A DNA stretch of 64,000 bases from contig NW_027590217.1 of NCBI RefSeq assembly GCF_964213995.1, forward strand, positions 62,001 to 126,000, read 5' to 3'. This document shows, one piece after another, positions 38,719 to 51,617 of this stretch. The notes below the pieces were generated by a model. The model had not been told where the DNA came from and did not search any database. It saw nothing but the letters and a program-made list of their open reading frames with translations. The stretch is from Mustelus asterias. Taxonomy: Eukaryota. Position 1 is the stretch's first letter. Each line of letters starts with the position of its first letter. A program made the position numbers and the translations under genes.

Positions 38719-39036
38719 TGAAGCCAAAAAGTCCCACAGTTAGACTGCTGCCCCCAACAGAAGAAGAGATGAAGAGTAAGAACACAGCCACACTCGAGTG
38801 TTTGATCACTGGATTCTACCCAGACCTCGTGAATGTCACCTGGGAGAAAGATGGTGTTCTCATCTCCTCCAAGACGCGTGCTGGGCTCACCGCTCTGGAG
38901 CAGACAGAGACATTCAGTGTCAGGCACTACCTGACTGTGAGTACAGTGGAGTGGAGGAAAGGCTCAGCTTTCACCTGCGCTGTGTCTCACCCACCCTCCC
39001 ACTCCAACGGCAACGAGACAGTGAAGAACATCCAAG
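38719..39036 (+). CDS. IgW: IgW constant exon C4
   Basis: TTCCAG acceptor after a 90-bp intron. LECLITGFYP..VTW..FTCAVSHPPS. Donor G|GTATGA, 318 nt. Confidence 0.95.
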
Positions 39037-39343
39037 GTATGACCCTGGGGCCCCAACTCCAAAATTAACACTGTTTATCCCTGAAGCTTTAAACTCTGTG
39101 AGGGTCAGGAAGTTTAACACGGACAATGTCCGCGTGTTTATGCAGTGGGTGTTTGCGTGGGCCAGTCATCCAGAGGCCTGAACACAGAAAGATACAATCG
39201 CATGAATGTTGTACCTTTCACATCTTCAGGATGTTCCAATGTGTTTCACAACCAGTAAAGTACTTTCCATCAGGTGTAGACACAGCTTCAAGGCAAGGAA
39301 AATGTCAGCTAATTTGCCTATAGAAATTTGATTTGATTTATTA

Positions 39344-42164
39344 GAACCATAGAAAATTACAGCTCAGAAACAGGCCTTTTGGCCCTTCTTGTCTGTGCCG
39401 AACCATTTTTTGCCTAGTCCCACTGACCTGCACTTGGACCATATCCCTCCACACCCCTCTCATCCATCAACCCGTCCAAGTTTTTCTTAAATGTTAAAAG
39501 TGACCCCGCATTTACCACTTTATCCGGCAGCTCATTCCACACTCCCACCACTCTCTGCGTGAAGAAGCCCCCCCCTAATATTCCCTTTAAACTTTTCTCC
39601 TTTCACCCTTAACCCATGCCCGCTGAGGTTTTTCTCCCCTCGCCTCAGCGGAAAAAGCCTGCTTACATTCACTCTATCTATACCCATCAAAATCTTATAC
39701 ACCTCTATCAAATCTCCCCTCAATCTTCTATGCTCCAGGGAATATAGTCCCAACCTATTCAATCTCTCTCTGTAACTCAGCTTCACAAGTCCCGGCAACA
39801 TCCTTGTGAACCTTCTCTGCACTCTTTCAACCTTATTTACATCCTTCCTGTAACTAGGTGACCAAAACTGTACACAATACTCCAAATTCGGCCTCACCAA
39901 TGCCTTATATAACCTTACCATAACACTCCAACTTTTATACTCGATACTCCGATTTATAAAGGCCAATGTACCAAAGGCACTCTTTACGACCCTATCCACC
40001 TGTGACGTCACTTTTAGGGAATTCTGTACCTGTATTCCCAGATCCCTCTGTTCAACTGCACTCTTCAGAGTCCTACCATTTACCCTGTACGTTCTACTTT
40101 GGTTTGTCCTTCCAAAGTGCAATATCTCACACTTGTCTGCGTTAAATTCCATTTGCCATTTTTCAGCCCATTTTTCTAGTTGGTCCAAATCCCTCTGCAA
40201 GCTTTGAAAACCTTCCTCACTGTCCACTACACCTCCAATCTTTGTATCATCAGCAAACTTGCTGATCCAATTTACCACATTATCATCCAGATCATTGATA
40301 TAGATGACAAACAACAATGGACCCAACACCGATCCCTGCGGCACACCACTAGTCACAGGCCTCCACTCAGAGAAGCAATTCTCCACAACCACTCTCTGGC
40401 TTCTTCCATTGAGCCAGTGTCTAATCCAATTTACTACCTCCCCATGTATACCTAGCGACTGAACCTTCCTAACTAACCTCCCATGAGGGACCTTGTCAAA
40501 GGCCTTGCTGAAATCCAGGTAGACAACATCCACCGCCTTCCCTTCATCCACTTTCCTGGTAACCTCCTCGAAAAACTCTAATAGATTGGTCAAACATGAC
40601 CTACCACGCACAAAGCCATGTTGACTCTCCCTAATAAGTCTCTGTCATCCAAATGTTTGTAGATTCTATCCCTTATCACACCTTCCAATAACTTGCCCAC
40701 CACCGACGTCAAACTTACTGGCCGATAATTTCCCGGATTTCTTTTGGAACCTTTTTTAAACAACGGAACAACATGAGCCACCCTCCAATCATCCGGCACC
40801 TCCCCCGTGAATACTGACATTTTAAATATGTCTGCCAGGGCCCCTGCAAGTTCAACACTAGCTTCCCTCAAGGTCTGTGGGAATACCCTGTCCGGTCCTG
40901 GGGATTTATCCACTCTGATTTGCCTCAAGACAGCGAGCACCTCCTCCCCTTTAATCTGTAAAGGTTCCATGACCTCCCTACCTGTTTGCCCTATTTCCGT
41001 AGACTCCATGCCTGTTTCCTCAGTAAATACGGATGCAAAAAAACCATTTAGTATCTCCCCTATCTCTTTTGGTTCCACACACAGTCTACCACTCTGGTCT
41101 TCAAGAGGACCAGTTTTATCCCTCACTATCCTTTTGCTCCTAACATACCTATAGAAGCTCTTTGGATTTTCCTTCACTCTGTCTGCCAAAGCAACCTCAT
41201 GTCTTCTTTTAGCCCTCCTGATTTCCCTCTTAAGTAGCTTCTTGCATTTTTTATACTCCTCGAGCATCTGATCTGTTCCTTGCTGCCTGTACATTTCATA
41301 CAACTCTCTCTTCCTCTTAATCAGTGTTACAATCTCCCTCGAGAACCAACGTTCCTTATTCCGATTTACTTTGCCTTTAATCCTGACAGGAACATACAAA
41401 CTCTGCACTCTCAAAATTTCTCCTTTGAAGGCCTCCCACTTTCCATTTACATCCTTACCAGAGAACAGCCTGTGCCAATCCACACTTCCCAGATCCCTTC
41501 TCATTTAATCAAATTTGGCCTTTTTCCAGTTCAGAACTTCAACCCGAGTACCAGATCTATCCTTATCCACGATCAGGTTGAAACTAATGGCATTATGATC
41601 ACTGGATCCAAAGTGTTCCCTCACACTCACATCCATCACCTGCCCTAACTCATTTCCCAATAGGAGATCCAATATCTCATCCTCTCTAGTTGGCACCTCT
41701 ATATACTGATGTAGAAAATTCTCCTGAACACATTTTACAAACTCTACCCCGTCTAAACCTTTAACAGTATGTGAGTCCCAATCTATATGTGGAAAATTAA
41801 AATCTCCTCCTATCACAACTTTGTGTTTCTTGCAGTTGTCAGCTATCTCTCCGCTGATTTGCTCCTCCAATTCTCGCTGACTATTGGGTGGTCTATAATA
41901 CAACCCCATTAATGTGGTCATACCTTTCTTGTTTCTCAGCTCCACCCATAGGGCCTCTGTAGACAAGCTCCCTAATCTATCCTGCCTGAGTACCGCTGTA
42001 ACATTTTCCCTGACCAACAATGCCACCCCCCCACCTTTTATCCCTCTGCCTCTATCCCGCCTGAAACATTGGAACCCTGGAACATTGAGCTGCCAGTCCT
42101 GCCCCTCCTGTAGCCAAGTTTCACCAATGGCTATAATGTCATATTTCCACGTGTCTATGCTATC
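39344..42164 (-). mobile_element. Near full-length CR1 ORF2 (endonuclease + RT) with frameshifts
   Basis: Three consecutive ORFs: 41505-42176 (ETW, GDFN, SDHN endonuclease motifs), 40590-41504 and 39532-40611 (RT). TSD TATTA at 39339-39343 and 42165-42169, within a Rex/Babar tail. Confidence 0.94.
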
Positions 42165-44162
42165 TATTATTGTCACATGTCTTGGTATACAGTGAAAAGT
42201 ATTGTTCCTTGCACACTATACAGACAAAGCAGACTGTTCATAGAGAAGGAAAGGAGAGAGTGCAGGATGTAGTGTTACAGTCATAACTAGGGTGGAGAGA
42301 AAGATCAACTTAATGTGAGGTAGGTCCATTCGAAAGTCCAACAGCAGCAGGGAAGAAGCTGTTCTTGAGTCGGTCGGTACGTGACCTCAGACTTTTGTAT
42401 CTTTTTCCCGACGGAAGAAAGTGGAAAAGAGAATGTCCGGGAAGCGTGGGGTCCTTAATTATGCTGGCTGCTTTGCCGAGGCAGCGGGAAGTGGAGACAG
42501 AGTCAATGGATGGGAGGCTGGTTTACATGATGGATTGGGCTAGATTCACGACCCTTTTGTAATTCCTTGCGGTCTTGGGCAGAGCAGGAGCCCCATACCA
42601 AGCTGTGATACAACCAGGAAGAATGCTTTCTATGATGCATCTGTAAAAGTTGGTGAGAGTCGGGGCTGACACGCCAACATCGCAATATGGCGATCAGGTA
42701 ATCTGCTAAATATTGACTACTTTCCCCTTCTTCAAAACCCTGACAAGAGGATCTGTTTCTTCAGCCTGAGAAGGGGCCTTGGTTTCAAGTCTCTTTCTGA
42801 AAGACGGCACTGCAAACAGTGCAGAGTTCCCTCAGTACTGGTTGGCCATTCTTGCTCATGTACTCAAGTATCTGTCATGGGGCTTGAACATGCAGCAATA
42901 TAGATGAGGCAGCCCGGCTAACGCGCCAAGGCTGACATGGCCAATTAATGATCCAGAGAACTGAGTTCAAATCCAAGACAGCTTGAGAACTTGAATTCGG
43001 TTTTAGAAAGTAAAAGTTGGAAATTAAACGCTGGCATCAGTAAACCAGAAGCTGTTATATTGTCGTTAAAAACCCAACCGGTTTGTTAATGTTCCTTTCA
43101 GGAAGGATTATAGATTAGAATCCCTACAGCACAGAAGGAGGCACTTGGAATATTGTGTTCAATTCTGGTCGCCACACTACCAGAAGGATGTGGAGGCTTT
43201 GGAGAGGTGACAGAAAAGATTTACCAGGATGTTGCCTGGTCTGGAGGGCATTAACTATGAGGAGAGGTTGGAGAAACTTGGTTTGTTCTCACTGGAATGA
43301 CGGAGGTTGAGGGGTGACCTGATAGAAGTCGACAAGATTACGATGGGCATGGACAGAGTGGATAGTCAGAAGCTTTTTCCCCAGGGTGGAAGAGTCAATT
43401 ACAAGGGGGCACAGGTTTAAGGTGTGAGGGGCAAGGTTTAAAGGAGATGTACGAGGCACGTTTTTTACACAGAGGGTGGTGGGTGCCTGGAACTCACTGC
43501 CGGGGGAGGTAGTGGAAGCAGATACGCTCGTGACTTTTAAGGGGCATCTTGACAAATACATGAATAGGATGGGAACGGAGGGATATGGTCCCCGGAAGGG
43601 TAGGGGGTGTTATTTCAGTCGGGGCAGCATGGTCGGTGCAGGCTTGGAGGGCCAAAGGGCCTGTTCCTGTGCTGTAATTTTCTTTGTTCTTTGAGGCCAT
43701 TCACCCATCGAGTCTATACCGGCCACAATCCCACCCAGGCCCCATTCCTGAAACCCCACATATTTACCCTGCTGATCCCCCTAACACTAAGGTCAATTTA
43801 GCACGGCCAACCCACCTAACCAGCACGTCTTTGGACTGTGGGAGGAAACCGGAGCACCCGGAGGAAACCCATGCAGGCACGAGGAGAACTCCACACAGAC
43901 AGTGACCGGAGGCCGGATTTGAACCCAGGTCCCTGGCGCTGTGAGGCAGCAGTGCTAACCACTGTGCCTACTGTCCTGACCCTGTCTGCCTCAGATGTGG
44001 CTCCAGGCACAAACCAATGTGGTTGCCTCATAAGTGCCCTGTGAAAGAGCCCTGTGAGCCACTATTGTACCTGTGGCGCCGGGCATGAAACACCAGCCTT
44101 GCAAAGCCACGTCCACATCCCATTGGGGAATCATGAAATAATCATTGTAATTTCTCACCCAG

Positions 44163-44483
44163 GTGAGTGTTTGGACACTGGGATCTCAGTCACCTTAAGG
44201 AAGCCTCGTTTCGAAGAGATCTGGAGGAACAGGACGGCCACTATTCTTTGTGAGATACTTCATGGTGATTTGGAGGGAGCCAGGGTGACCTGGCTGGTGG
44301 ATGGAATTGTGAGAGAAGATGGAGTGAAGACTCAGAGTCCCAAGAGACATGGAGACAGAGACGTGATCTTCAGCAGACTGACGGTCCCTGCCGCAGAGTG
44401 GGAGAGCGGGGTTGAGTATTTGTGTTCAGTGGAGGACAAGAGTTTGCCCACGCCGGGGAAGAGGTCAATCAGGAAAGCCCAAG
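44163..44483 (+). CDS. IgW: IgW constant exon C5
   Basis: CCCAG acceptor. GECLDTG..TATILCEI..VTW..EWESGVEYLCSV. Donor G|GTACGT, 321 nt. Confidence 0.93.
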
Positions 44484-44642
44484 GTACGTGTGGATGGAAT
44501 TAGTCATAGAGTGGTAGCGGTTTACAGCGTGGAAACCCGCTGTGCGACCGTGCCGCCCTGTCTCCCTCACCCGGTTTGCGTCAGTGGGTAAATACAAGAT
44601 GAGAGAAAGACTCAGTCTAACCTATGTTGTCTCTTTTTCCAG

Positions 44643-45025
44643 TTGAGGTTAAGACTCAGCCTCAAGTCTACCTCCTTCCCCCTTCGTCGGATGAGATGGA
44701 GACGGATCAGACTGCGACCCTGGTGTGCCTGGTGACCGGATTCTCCCCCGCAGAAATCTACCTGGCCTGGATGGCCAACGACACTCTCCTGAAATCGGGA
44801 TTCGTGAACCAGCCGGTGACCGAGGACGGCCGCAGCGGCTGGAACTCGGGCAGTCAGCTGACAGTCTCTGCGGACGAGTGGAACAGCGGCACCACTTACT
44901 CCTGTGTGGTGGGACATGAGTCAGTCACAACAAACCTGTTCAGGAGCATTAATAAATCTCACAGCAAACCCACCCTGGTCAATGTGTCACTTGTCCTGAC
45001 CGAGAGCTATAAATCCTGCTCATAA
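44643..45025 (+). CDS. IgW: IgW constant exon C6 with contiguous canonical secretory tailpiece
   Basis: PQVYLLPP..LVCLVTGFSP..YSCVVGHES, then KPTLVNVSLVLTESYKSCS* with an NVS sequon and penultimate Cys. Confidence 0.96.
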
Positions 45026-45352
45026 CATCTGGCGATTCAATCACCCATTTATATAATCCTTGTGAATGGATGGTTAACGCAGCCAGAGGATTGTTGTGAT
45101 CACAAGAACATCTCTCTTCTGGTGACAGGTCACAGAAAACGGCAACAAAATCTGACCTTGCTCAATAATTGAGAAAAAAAAACTATTGGGTGATTGAATC
45201 AGACACCTAACATCCTTTTCTCCAAATGTCTGAAGGTCCTGAGTTCCCTTTGCAATATTTTTCTGCTGCGTTTGATCGAGTGTGAAAGCTGTGTGAGATC
45301 CCACAAAGGGTTAATTGTATGTGGCAAAATGTCAATGTCCTGATCCAGTTTC

Positions 45353-45358
45353 AATAAA
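45353..45358 (+). terminator. Poly(A) signal of the long secretory mRNA
   Basis: AATAAA about 330 nt after the stop, followed by GT/T-rich sequence. Confidence 0.75.
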
Positions 45359-45429
45359 CGTGATGTGAAAAGGTTTCAGTTTTGAGTCTTCATTGTTGGT
45401 GCGTTTTGAGAAACAGTAAATGAGTCAAA

Positions 45430-46190
45430 CTTAAAGTTTATTTATGAGTGTCACAAGTAGGCTGACATTAACACTGCAATGAAGTTACTGTGAAAGTCCC
45501 CTGGTCGCCACACTCCAGTGCATGTTTGGGTACGCTGAGGGAGAATTTAGCATGGGCCAATACACCTAACCAGCACGTCTTTTGGACTGTGGGAGGAAAC
45601 TGGAGCACCCGGAGGAAACCCACGCAGACATGGGGAGAACATGCAGACAGTGACCCAAGCTGGGAATCGAACCCGGGTCCCCGGCGCTGTGAGGTAGCAG
45701 TGCTAGCCACCGTGCCGCCCTAACTTCAGACATGAGGTGTGGTGAGTGTAATGTGCTTGCGGCCAGCAGAGTCCTTGGACCTGAGGTTTTCAATTTTCCC
45801 ATTGGGATTTCCTCGCTTCAAGTCTGGGTTTATTGTGCACTGATTAATCGGAGACCAGTTGCGATGAATGGCCCACAACAGGGCGGCACGGTGGCACAGC
45901 GGTGAGCACTGCTGCCTCGCAGTGCTAGGGACCCGGGTTCAATCCCCAGCTTGGGTCACTGTGTGGAGTCTGCACGTTCTCCCCGTGTCTGCATGGGTTT
46001 CCTCCAGGTGTTCCGGTTTCCTCCCACAGTCCAAAACACACGCTGGTTAGGTGCATTGGCCATGCTAAATTCTCCCTCAGTGTACCCGAACAGGCGCCGG
46101 AGTGTGGCGAGGAGGGGATTTTCACAGTAACCTCATTGCAGCGTTAAGATAAGCCTACTTGTGACACTAATAAATAAACTTTAAAACAAC
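45430..46190. mobile_element. Two divergently oriented V-SINEs (about 45430-45720 on -, 45880-46185 on +)
   Basis: Both have the full head, core and the same GTGACAC tail type. Confidence 0.85.
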
Positions 46191-47527
46191 TCCATCATCA
46201 TTGTACCATACTAATGTCAGGTTGGCTTTGGTCTTTCTCGGTTTACTCATTTCAATTTGCGCTCAGTAAGTTCCCACAGTGAGAACTGTGAGAATGACCG
46301 GATCATCTGGTTTTGGGTGTTGAGGTTGAAAGATGGATGTTGTCCGGCTCAGAACACTGCAGGGAACTTCCTGCTCTTCTTCCAGTCGTGTTGTGGATCA
46401 TTTACACATTAACATCAGCCTGAGGGCCATCGCTTCACATCTCATTCGAAGGGCGGCACCTCTGACACTGCAGCACTTTCTCAGTCCTGCATCGGAGTGC
46501 CCGCCTGAATGATGCACTCTAGTCTCTGGAGTGAAACTCAAACCCACAATTTTCTGAGCCAGAGGTGGGAATGTTATCCACAAAACCCCATCACATCGAT
46601 CCATGAACTGCAGGCTTTCAGAACCCATTTGGTCCCTCATTCTCTCATCACCACTCACAGGAATTTGTGTCACTGAGCAGATAAGGTCAGTGTCGTATCT
46701 GGTGACTGCACAAGTTCATCTAATGTTGCCTCAGAAAATATTGGGTCAACTGAAATATTAAATAGAAGCAGCAAATCAAAAAGAAAGAAATACTTGAAGT
46801 GAAAGGAATCTCATCCTGGTTGTGGGGATAATCTCAGAGTGCTCCCTGCAGGTCAATGGGTGTTTTGGAGACAAAGAGAGTATGACAGAGAGAGAGAAAG
46901 TGTGAGAGTGACAGTGAAACAAGAGAACAGAATTCTTGGGGGTAGAGGGAAGACAGTGTGAGAGGGAGAAAGACAAAGAGGGAGACAGAATCAGAGAGAG
47001 AGACAGGTCGAGAAGGAGAGAGTTTCTAATGATTCACTGCTCCCAGTGCTTTTCCTTTATTGATTTGTGGGACATGGGCGTCGCTGGCTGGCCAGCATTT
47101 ATTGCCCAGCCCTAATTGCCCGAGGGCAGTTGAATCAACCACATTGTTGTGGCTCTGGAGTCACATGTAGGCCAGACCGGGTAAGGACGGCAGATTTCCT
47201 TCCCTAAAGGACATTGGTGAACCAGATGGGTTTTTTTTACAACAATCGACAATGGTTTCATGATCATTGGTCGACTCTAATTCCAGATATTTTTTATTGA
47301 ATTCAAATTCCACCATCTGCTGTGGCGGGATTCGAAGCCGGGTCCCCAGAATATTAGCTGAGTTTCTGGTTGAATAGTCTGGCGATAATACCACTAGGCC
47401 ATCGCCTCCCCCCGCCCCCCCCCGCTGCTCCACTGTCGTCCCCTCCTTCGCTGTGTTATCTTCAAACCGTTGAGATGTTGGGGACCTTGATGTGAACTTT
47501 AACAGCTCCGATTTTTCTTTGTTTCAG

Positions 47528-47670
47528 AGAAACCTCCAGATGAGACAGGAGAGGAAGGAAAGGAAGAAATGGGAGACTTGGAGGGAGATGACAACGCACT
47601 GACAGTTGCTGGCTTTGCCATTCTGTTTATTCTCAGTTTCCTCTACAGCACCTTTGTTACTGTCGTCAAG
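47528..47670 (+). CDS. IgW: IgW transmembrane exon TM1 (EKPPDETGEEGKEEMGDLEGDDNALTVAGFAILFILSFLYSTFVTVVK)
   Basis: Strong acceptor TTTTTCTTTGTTTCAG, phase 1. Acidic spacer, then the antigen-receptor TM motif (LF..S..YST.VT). Phase-0 donor AAG|GTGACC. Confidence 0.94.
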
Positions 47671-48142
47671 GTGACCAGACTTTAATTTTCAATTCAATGA
47701 TAACAAACACACACTATAAAGCCAGGGTTTATCTTCAATTGATCCCCACATCTTATTCTCCAACTCTCGAATTCCAATCATTAGGTTACAAACACACACA
47801 CAGTTGAGTGGCAACAAACTACTGGCATTTTAAGCTTTCCACTTCACCTGATCTGGGGGCTTCGACTCACCCGAGTGCTCAGGTTCCCAGTCCTTTAGTG
47901 TCCAAGTCCCAGAATAAGGTCAGATTCCCAGTCCTGTAGTGTCCATTTCCCAGAATAAGGTCAGATTCCCAGTCCTGTAGTGTCCATTTCCCAGAATAAG
48001 GTCAGATTCCCAGTCCTTTAGTGTCCATTTCGCAGAATATCAGATTCACAGTCCTTTAGTGTCCAAGTCCCAGAATAACATCAGATGCCCTGTCCTTAAG
48101 TGTCCCTCTGCCAGAATAAGGTCAGATTTCCTGTTCTTTCAT

Positions 48143-48849
48143 AGAACATAGAACATAGAAAGCCACAGCACAAACAGGCCCTTCGGCCCACAAGTTGCGC
48201 TGATCATATCCCTACCTCTAGGCCTATCTATAGCCCTCAATCCCATTAAATCCCATGTACTCATCCAGAAGTCTCTTAAAAGACCCCAACGAGTTTGCCT
48301 CCACCACCACCGACGTCAGCCGATTCCACTCACCCACCACCCTCTGAGTGAAAAACTTACCCCTGACATCTCCTCTGTACCTACCCCCCAGCACCTTAAA
48401 CCTGTGTCCTCTCGTAGCAACCATTTCAGCCCTTGGAAATAGCCTCTGAGAGTCTACCCTATCCAGACCTCTCAACATCTTGTAAACCTCTATCAGGTCA
48501 CCTCTCATCCTTCGTCTCTCCAGGGAGAAGAGACCAAGCTCCCTCAACCTATCCTCATAAGGCATGCCCCCCAATCCAGGCAACATCCTTGTAAATCTCC
48601 TCTGTACCCTTTCAATGGCTTCAACATCTTTCCTGTAATGAGGTGACCAGAACTGCGCGCAGTACTCCAAGTGGGGTCTAACCAGGGTCCTATAAAGCTG
48701 CAGCATTATCTCCCGACTCCTAAACTCAATCCCTCGATTAATGAAGGCTAGTACGCCGTACGCCTTCTTGACCGCATCCTCCACCTGCGAGGCCGATTTA
48801 AGAGTCCTATGGACCCGGACCCCAAGGTCCTTCTGATCCTCTACACTGG
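48143..48849 (-). mobile_element. CR1 3' fragment inserted in the satellite
   Basis: ORF 48224-48937 with CR1 C-terminal motifs. (CATAGAA)n tail on the + strand. Confidence 0.92.
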
Positions 48850-49139
48850 ATCCAAGTCCCAGATTAAGGCCGGATTCCCTGTCCATTAGGGTCCATATCC
48901 CAGAATAAGGTCGGATTCCCTGTTCTTTAGTGTCCATGTCCCAAAATAAGCTCAGTTTCCCAGTCCTTTCATGTTTGTGTCCCAGAATAAGCTCAGATTC
49001 CCAGTCCTTTAGTGTTCAGGGTCTGGAATAGGAACATAAGAATTTGGAAATAAGTCGCAATCTCTGTGCTTTAGTGTCCATGTCCCAGAATAAGGTCAGA
49101 TTCCCAGTCCTTTAGTGTCCATGTCCCAGAATAACATCT

Positions 49140-51617
49140 AGTTAGGAGATACTGGATAGGTGCAGGAAAAATAGGGTTGTTGTAGTGGGAGACTTCAATT
49201 TCCCTGGTATAGACTGGAAATCGCTGAGAGCTGGGACTCTGAATGGGGAGGAATTTGTAAAATGTGTACAGGAGGGTTCTTTGAAACCATATGTAGATAG
49301 CCCGACTAGAGAGGGGGCTATACTGGACCTAGTACTGGGGAATGAGCCCGGTCAGGTCTTCAAAGTTTCGGTAGGGGAACATGTGGCAAATAGTGACCAC
49401 AATTCTGTTAGCTTTAGGATAGTGATGGAAAAGGATGAGTGGTGTCCCAAGGGTAAGGTGTTGGATTGGGGGAAGGCTAACTTTAGTGGGATTAGGCAGA
49501 AATTGGCAGCTGTTCATTGGGAGAGGCTGTTTGAGGTTAAATCCACATCTGGCATGTGGGAGTCTTTTAAGGAACAGTTGTTAGGGCTACAGGACAGGCA
49601 TGTGCCTGTAAAAAAGAAGGATAGGAAGGGTAGGATTCGAGAACCGTGGATAACCAGGGAAATTGAGGGACTGGTCAAAAAGAAAAGAGAGGCGTATGTT
49701 AGGTCCAGGCAGCTAAAAATGGAGGGAGCTCTGGAGGAGTACAAAGAAAGTAGGAAAGAACTCAAACGGGGAATTAGAAGGGCAAAAAGGGGTCACGAAA
49801 TGTCCTTGGCAGACAGGATTAAGGAGAATCCCAAGGCATTTTATTCATACGTTCGGAACAAAAGGGTTGTCAGGGAAAAAATCGGACCTCTCAGGGACAA
49901 AAGTGAGGAATTATGCTTGGAGCCCAAAGAAGTAGGGGAGATCCGAAATGAATACTTTGCATCGGTATTCACAAAGGAGAGGGATGTGTTGACTGGGAGT
50001 GTCTCGGAGGGGAGTGTTGAACCGTTGGAGAAAATCTCCATTACAAGGGAGGAAGTGTTAGGTTTGTTAGAGAATATAAAGACTGACAAATCCCCAGGGC
50101 CTGATGGAATCTATCCTAGGCTGCTCAGGGAGACGAGAGATGAAATCGCTGGGCCTCTGACACTAATCTTTGTCTCGTCACTGGACGCAGGTGAGGTCCC
50201 AGAGGATTGGAGGATAGCTAATGTGGTCCCGTTATTTAAGAAGGGTAGGAAGGATAACCCGGGTAATTATAGGCCGGTGAGCTTGACGTCCGTGGTGGGG
50301 AAGTTGTTGGAGAAGATTCTTAGAGATAGGATGTATGCGCATTTAGAAAGGAATAAACTCATTAACGATAGTCAGCATGGTTTTGTGAGAGGGAGGTCAT
50401 GCCTCACTAACCTGGTGGAGTTTTTTGAAGAAGGGAAGGGCCGTGGATGTCGTCTATATGGACTTTAGTAAAGCGTTTGACAAAGTCCCTCATGGTAGGC
50501 TGGTGAAAAAGGTTGTATCTCATGGGATAAAGGGGGAGGTGAATAGATGGGTGGAGAACTGGCTTGGTCACAGAAGACAGAGGGTGGTAGTGGAGGGGTC
50601 TTTTTCCGGCTGGAGGCCTGTGACTAGTGGTGTTCCGCAGGGCTCTGTATTGGGACCTCTGCTGTTTGTGATTTATATAAACGATCTGGAAGAAGGTGTA
50701 ACTGGGGTGATCAGTAAGTTTGCGGACGACACAAAATTGGCAGGACTTGCAGATTGTGAGGAGCATTGTCAGAAACTACGGAAGGATATAGATAGGCTGG
50801 AAATTTGGGCAAAGAAATGGCAGATGGAGTTCAATCCTGATCAATGCGAAGTGATGCATTTTGGTAGAAATAATGTAGGGAGGAGCTATACAATAAATGG
50901 CAGAACCATAAAGGGTGTAGATACGCAGAGGGACCTGGGTGTGCAAGTCCACAGATCCTTGAAGGTGACGTCACAGGTGGAGAAGGTGGTGAAGAAGGCA
51001 TATGGCATGCTTGCCTTTATAGGACGGGGCATAGAGTATAAAAGTTGGGATCTGATGTTGCAGATGTATAGAACGTTGGTTCGGCCGCATTTGGAATACT
51101 GCGTCCAGTTCTGGTCGCCGCACTACCAGAAGGACGTGGAGGCTTTGGAGAGAATACAGAGGAGGTTTACCAGGATGTTGCCTGGTATGGAGGGGCTTAG
51201 TTATGAGGAGAGATTGGGTAAACTGGGGTTGTTCTCCCTGGAAAGACGGAGAATGAGGGGAGACTTAATAGAGGTGTATAAAATTATGAAAGGCATAGAT
51301 AGGGTGAACGGTGGGAAGCTTTTCCCCAGGTCGGTGGTGACGTTCACGAGGGGTCATAGGTTCAAGGTGAAGGGGGGAAGGTTTAACACAGATATCAGAA
51401 GGACATATTTTACACAGATGGTGGTGGGGGCCTGGAATGCGCTGCCAGGCAAGGTGGTGGAGGCGGAAACACTGGGAACCTTTAAGACTTATCGACACAG
51501 CCATATGAACGGAGTGGGAATGGAGGGATACAAAAGAATGGTCTAGTTTGGACCAGGGAGCGGCACGGGCTTGGAGGGCCGAAGGGCCTGTTCCTGTGCT
51601 GTATTGTTCTTTGTTCT
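49140..51617 (+). mobile_element. 5'-truncated CR1 LINE (partial endonuclease + RT, one frameshifting deletion near 50430)
   Basis: ORFs 49185-50468 and 50425-51546. Confidence 0.95.

Noticed and set aside
44951-44956. AATAAA inside C6
   Set aside because: It encodes N-K about 70 nt before the stop, and its use would truncate the tailpiece. A better site exists at 45353.
23828-45025. IgM or IgNAR identity
   Set aside because: Six C domains, a CH1 with light-chain Cys, a VH with full FR2/CDR2 and the short-tail exon all point to IgW.
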